Source: Rhynchopus sp. YZ270_cl-10 (Eukaryota). From it: a stretch of 64,000 nucleotides of DNA. Shown in pieces: positions 58,640 to 64,000 of the stretch. The stretch is from contig OZ037844.1 in NCBI GenBank assembly GCA_964035575.1, forward strand, positions 186,001-250,000, written 5' to 3'. How positions within the stretch are numbered: the stretch's first letter is position 1; each line of letters starts with the position of its first letter. The position numbers and the translations under genes were made by a program. The notes below the pieces were generated by a model. The model saw nothing but the letters and a program-made list of their open reading frames with translations. It did no database searches and was not told the DNA's origin.

Positions 58640-59332
58640 TGGGAGCGTGTAATTATTACCAAGCGTGTAATTATGAATCGTTGGCGATTTGCGACCAAAA
58701 ATGTCAGCCGTGTAATTATGGGTAATAATTACACGCTCAAACCCACTTTTGGTGATCCTAAGTCGCCAAAGGGAAAGGGACTCTGCAAAATTTTTTTTTC
58801 CCCCTATAAGGGTTAATTTCGACGATTTGAGCCCATTCAAAGCAAAATTTGACCCATTTGAGCAGTTCTAGGCCCCTCAAACACGTTTTTGATTATCCGC
58901 CAAAAAAAAAAAATCCCGGAAAAACACACCGGAAACCTCAACTTCACGCTTCGCATCGTCCAAGGATAGACAGTTGTTACCAACTTGTTGAAATGTGATT
59001 CCCAACCCCAAACCAAGAATGATCACAAATAATTATACCCTCTCCCACTTTTTCGGTTCAACATCCATACTTCGGCACATTTCCCATACACCCCACATAC
59101 ACACTCCCATCATCGACATACAGTGACTGGAGGGTGACGGGGACTCGCCGGATTTGTACACTCGTCAAAAATTGCACGATAAAAAAAAAACTAATTATGT
59201 GAAATTATTACCAGATAATTACACTTAGGTGTGTTTTTTGTCACTTGTTCCCTAAACCCACTCGCTTCGCTCGTGGGTTTAGGTCACTCGTGACAAAAAA
59301 CACACCTGCGTGTAATTATGGGGTAATAATTA
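58640..59332 (+). mobile_element. Non-autonomous element with a Crypton-type terminal palindrome
   Basis: Left-end repeats of gcgtgtaatta; palindrome within 59196-59332 centred on ctcgcttcgctcg and alignable to the ~39003-39133 palindrome. Confidence 0.65.
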
Positions 59333-59699
59333 CCCAATAATTATATATATTGTTTTTGCTACTCTGTTTGTATTTGTGTGTACTTTGTGAGTGGTAGGTG
59401 CGCTTCTCTGTTGAGATAGCGACTAATTCCTGTCGAAGCCTCACTTAGTATACAAGAAAAGGGGGGGTGGAAAAGGGGGGTGGGTTGTATTGTCGCTTTT
59501 TTTGTCAAAATCTCTGTGTTTTATTTGCAATTTTTTTCCTGCATTTCTTTTGTTTTGGTTTGTTTGTTAAGATAAGCTCAATCGCCTATCGAGTTCTGTG
59601 AATGGGGAACTCCTTTTCATGTCTTTCCGTGGAAAAACATGATACCAGGGAGGGAAAAATTGAAGAAAAGGTTGAGAAAAAAACAAAAATTAGTATTTA

Positions 59700-60139
59700 T
59701 GGTGTGGCTGAACGGGGGGGAGCATAAAGTGCGGAAAAGTGCTGAAAAAGTGCGGAAAAAGTGCGGAAAAAGTGCGAATCAGCCCCCAAAAAATTTTCCC
59801 CCACCTTGTAAAAGTTGAACACTGTGTACTGTAGGTACTGTAGGCACGGTTTTCGCACTTTTTCCGCACTTATTCGCACTTTTACCATGTTGGCTTGCTG
59901 ACTGTATCTGTGTACCTGTGTAGGTACACAGGTACACAGCACCTACAGTACACAGTATTCTGTGGGTACCTACCGTACCTGTACCTGTGTACCTGTGTGC
60001 CTGTGTATTTGGCAAAGACAGTCAGCAAGCCTACATGCTAAAAGTGCGAACAAGTGCGGAAAAAGTGCTGAAAAAGTGCGAATAGGAAAAGTGCGAGAAA
60101 GTGCGGAAAAGTGCGAATCAGACCCCTTCAGCCACACCA
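59700..60139. mobile_element. Non-autonomous element with TG...CA ends, 13-bp TIR and 5-bp TSD
   Basis: ATTTA|TGGTGTGGCTGAA...TTCAGCCACACCA|ATTTA; internal aaaagtgcgg and gtacctgt repeats. Confidence 0.8.
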
Positions 60140-60176
60140 ATTTAGCATTCTCACAAAGTTCACTAATTTTAATCAT

Positions 60177-61568
60177 TCAGAGAGACGATTGGATTACCAC
60201 TGCGGTCACCTCAGACGCGTTCGTATAGTGCTCGAGAAGAACTTGCGCCACACGATGTCCATGTATACGTGATGCGACGTGCAACGCAGTCTCGCCCCCA
60301 TTAGCTGCGTGGTTCACATCCACTCCCGGCAAGCCCATAAGATAGCGCACAGTATAGGTGTGTCCATGATATGCCGCAATGATGAGGCATGTATGACCTC
60401 CGTTGTCTGTGACTCGCACTTCCGCACCTGCTTTGACCAACATCTTCACCTTTGCTATATCCCTGTTCTCGCAAGCCACAAGCAGAGGTGTACGGCCCAA
60501 GTTGTTCCTTGCCTCGATGTCAGCCCCTGCATCAATGAGCAGCTGCACCAAATCTGAGCTCTTCTCTAACACTGCGAGGTGCAGTGCAGTGTTGCCTCTG
60601 TTATTTGACTGATTCACGTCCACCTCAGGCATGCACAGAAGAGTGCGTACAGTATCGGTGTGCCCATAACCAGTAAGGATAAGACATGTGTTTCCTTGGT
60701 TGTCTGTTACACACACGTCCGCACCTGCTTTGACCAAAACTTTCACAACGGCGAACTGGCAAACAACTAGGCGACAAGCCCAGAGCAGAGGCGAACGACC
60801 CTCGCCGTCCTTTGCTTCGATGTCTGCCCCTGCATCAATGAGCGCCTGAACTACATCAGGACAGTTTTGTTGACATACCCAATGCAACGCAGTGAGGCCT
60901 CCATCCCATGAGTGACTCACATCCACATCCTTCAAACCCACAAGGTAGCGCACAGTCTCGGTGTGTCCAAAACAAGACGCAAGGGAAAGACATGTGTCTC
61001 CTTCATTGTCTATGACACGCACGTCCGCACCTGCTTCCACCAACATCTTCACAGCTGCGAACTTGCCTGAAACGCTCGCAATGAGCAGAGGCGAATGTCC
61101 ATTCTCGTCCTTTGTCTCGATGTCTGCTCCTGCATCAATGAGCACCTGAAACACCGCAGGGTCCTCCCACATGGCTGGAGTGGGACGGTCTTCTACATAC
61201 TCCTTCCCGTGTGGGACAAACGCAACGTTGCTGCAGACTGACTTCCAACGCTGCAAGAGGACCTCCGTGCACGCAGTGTGGTCTGCGTGGATGCACTCAC
61301 TCAGCAGCATCCCGAAGCCCATCTGCGTTGTCTCAACATACGGAAGAAGCAGTGCGAGGCATTCATCGTGGTTCCCTCTGCATGCCTCGTGCACAGCATC
61401 GAATGCAACCGTTTTGCTGTCTGTGTCTGGGCTGAGCTTCTCAAGTCCCACCCGCACGGCAGTCGTGTCGCCGTTCCTGGCAGCCTCCACCAAGACCGAG
61501 TCTGCAGAAAGCTTTCTTCTCTTTGGTGCCTTCTCGTCAGGTGTGCTGTCTGCGTGTCGCTTAGACAT
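60177..61568 (-). CDS. Ankyrin family copy G (3 cassettes, dispersed)
   Basis: 463 aa; same N-terminus and cassette structure. Confidence 0.92.
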   Translation of the reverse strand: MSKRHADSTPDEKAPKRRKLSADSVLVEAARNGDTTAVRVGLEKLSPDTDSKTVAFDAVHEACRGNHDECLALLLPYVETTQMGFGMLLSECIHADHTACTEVLLQRWKSVCSNVAFVPHGKEYVEDRPTPAMWEDPAVFQVLIDAGADIETKDENGHSPLLIASVSGKFAAVKMLVEAGADVRVIDNEGDTCLSLASCFGHTETVRYLVGLKDVDVSHSWDGGLTALHWVCQQNCPDVVQALIDAGADIEAKDGEGRSPLLWACRLVVCQFAVVKVLVKAGADVCVTDNQGNTCLILTGYGHTDTVRTLLCMPEVDVNQSNNRGNTALHLAVLEKSSDLVQLLIDAGADIEARNNLGRTPLLVACENRDIAKVKMLVKAGAEVRVTDNGGHTCLIIAAYHGHTYTVRYLMGLPGVDVNHAANGGETALHVASRIHGHRVAQVLLEHYTNASEVTAVVIQSSL

Positions 61569-61795
61569 GGTTTGTGAAGATGTTGATATTCAATGTTGTG
61601 TTTTTTGTGCTGTTTCTTTTTGTGGAGGTTGTGAGGTGAGTGGTGGGTGTCCTTGAAGTGCCTCCCACCCCTGACAAGCACACAAACACATGGGAAACGG
61701 TAAACATCCGGGATCACAAAAACGTTAAACGTGTATTAACGTTTATCAATCCTGGGTCCGAGGAAATTCAGGTGTAATGGGTGAAATCGGGGAAT

Positions 61796-61932
61796 TAATT
61801 ATTACCCCATAATTACACGCAGGTGTGTTTTTTGTCACGAGTGACCTAAACCCACGAGCGAAGCGAGTGGGTTTAGGGAACAAGTGACAAAAAACACACC
61901 TAAGTGTAATTATCTGGTAATAATTTCACATA
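61796..61932 (-). repeat. Exact inverted copy (137 bp) of 59196-59332
   Basis: Manual reverse complement matches base for base, including the asymmetric positions of the palindrome. Confidence 0.92.
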
Positions 61933-62813
61933 GGGAAGGCCCATTATTCCAATCCATGTTACAATGTTACTTGAAATGGGGTCCAAACCCCCCCCCCCCC
62001 CCCCCCCAACGAGCAAAAAAATTTTTGGGAATCACGGTTTCCCCCCTAAGTTACAGGGGGGGCCCTGTACAGAGCCCGCGGACCTCCCCCGAAAATTAAT
62101 TATGCACCCCCTTCCAACCCCCGTCCCGCCCAAAAAACAAAAAAAAAAAAAAACCTCTCCCGAGCTTTCTCCGTCCGCTGACAAGCTAGTCACAGGAAGA
62201 AGAAGATCAAAACTCGGTCGAGCCCGGGCGCGCTTCGCGCGCCCGGGTCCCCACCCCAGCTCAAGTTGGGGGCCTCCGGCGGAATGTGAGAATTGCTCGG
62301 TTATCCGACGGCGGAGTTCGGCACTTTATTGATATTTGCACCAGGCACACATGGTGCACGAATTATCAGTAACCTCAGTTTTTTTACAAAAGAAACGGCG
62401 GTATGTCACCCAAAGGTTCCAAGCGAAGCCACGGTACGCAACATTTCAAAAAAATGCGCTTAAAATTGTACATTTTTACAGGCAAACAATGTCACGGGAA
62501 TGGTGTGATGCAGGCTTGCGCCGCAGGCGCACGGTACGCTACTTTTTTCCTTTCGCCATGCTGCGTGCTTCCTTTTCCTTCGACGTTTGACCAATTGAGT
62601 CCGGCTCGATGGTATCTCAAAAAATTCCCCATAATATGGGCCCCTCCTCCCCCCCAAAAAAAAATCCAAAACCCCCGTCCCTGGACGGGGGTTTGGGACG
62701 GGGGTCGGTTTTTGGAAAATAATTGACCCCCGTCCGGGACGGGGTGAACGGGGGTGTTCCGCGGACTCTGGCCCTGTACAAAACCTAAGGGGGGGTCCGA
62801 AAAAATTTTCCCA

Positions 62814-63075
62814 CCCACAAAAAATCAAAAAAAAAAAATTTTTTTTTCCGATTCTCGGGAGACTGTGCGTGCTGTGATGGGGTCATTTTGCGCTGAGAAA
62901 TGAGTTTTTTTGGCCTAAAATGCATGTGTCAGTTTTTAGGTGAAAATACACCCAAAACTGACACATGCATTTTAGGCCAAAAAAACTCATTTCTCAGCGC
63001 AAAATGACCCCATCACAGCACACACAGTCTCCCGAGAATCGGAAAAAAAAATTTTTTTTTTCGATTTTTTGTGGG
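62814..63075. repeat. ~260-bp near-perfect foldback palindrome
   Basis: ccgattctcgggagactgtg...tgtcagttt / aaactgaca...cacagtctcccgagaatcgg, with a small loop near 62945. Confidence 0.92.
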
Positions 63076-64000
63076 CAAAAATTGGTCAAAAAAAAATTTC
63101 CGACCCCAATTTGTACCGTTGAAAAAAAAAATATTCCATCCTAAGTAACAAAATTCCCGCCCCCAGACCCCCCCCCCCCCCCTAGGGGATACGACTCCAG
63201 CCATTTTGGCTGGGACCAAACGCACGGAAAATTCATTTGGCATTATCTGGCCATCTCCAAGGCAACTGCGGGTGAAAAACACCCTCAGAGTGGGTCACAG
63301 GGGGCCTGTGGGTCGAAAAACGACCCAGAAGCCACCCCAGAATACAAAAAAATGGAAAAAAATAGTGAAAAAACGGCTTTTTTCACGTTTTGGCCACTTT
63401 GGGCAAAATAGCGATTTTTCGAGAAAAAAATCAAAAACCGGGATATTTTTTGACATCACAAAGCCTCCTTTGGCACAAATATACCCCAAAAGTGGCCTGT
63501 GAGTCCATTCCAACCTGTTTTGGACATATTTGACACTTTTGGAAGTGTTTTTTTGGTGTTTTTAGGTCAAAAAAATGCCCAAGACGTCCCCAAGACACTT
63601 TGCACACCCCCTGTTACGGTCATATTTTTTTCGTTTTTTTGCCTGAAACCCCCAAAATACCCCTCCCGGACCCCACATAGTCCCGAATATCCATCACACA
63701 CCCACTCAGAGTGAGTAGAAGCACCCCAAAAAAAATATTTTTATGAGCTCCCCTTCGAGGAAAAGGCAGCAGCGAAGAAAACAGGGCGAAAGGGAGACGA
63801 CACAGTTCTTTTTTGTGTACATTGCCGTGGAGTGGTGCAACACGGTGAAAGTAGTACCGCCAAGGTACACGTCCAAAGCGACCGCCACAAAAATAATGAG
63901 CGTAGGGAGAAGAAGAAGAAGAAGAAGGCTGCAGCTCCAGTTGGTGACACGAAGGAGAAGCGGCAGCAGGTGTTGACGCCGGTGATGGGGTTGGCGGCGT

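Overview
Eukaryotic nuclear DNA, most likely euglenozoan and probably diplonemid-like (from an 18S rRNA fragment carrying GTGCCAGCACCCGCGG, plus the gene content). All 16 credible protein genes are on the minus strand: a 7-exon CELF/Bruno-like protein with four RRMs, an EGF/mucin type I membrane protein, an F-box-like protein, eight ankyrin-repeat paralogues (six in tandem, two apparently frameshifted), two granulin-like/SGNH hydrolases, a receptor-type pseudo-cyclase with a sugar-binding-protein-like ectodomain, a GH78 rhamnosidase with an inserted SUEL lectin, and a Ubl/DUF4116 protein. Introns and spacers hold many non-autonomous elements, several with target-site duplications (TSDs) readable in the sequence. 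Strongest leads: (1) a diversifying ankyrin family, mostly with a basic NLS-like tail, built from a ~300-bp three-repeat cassette; (2) a Crypton-like tyrosine-recombinase relic and related elements sharing a covarying GCGAAGC-capped terminal hairpin, two identical copies of which bracket one ankyrin gene; (3) a 607-bp insertion with a 19-bp TSD and an ingi/SIDER-like, possibly HDV-ribozyme 5' end, 45 nt after the pseudo-cyclase stop codon. All domain and family calls are by-eye motif recognition; no database searches were run.
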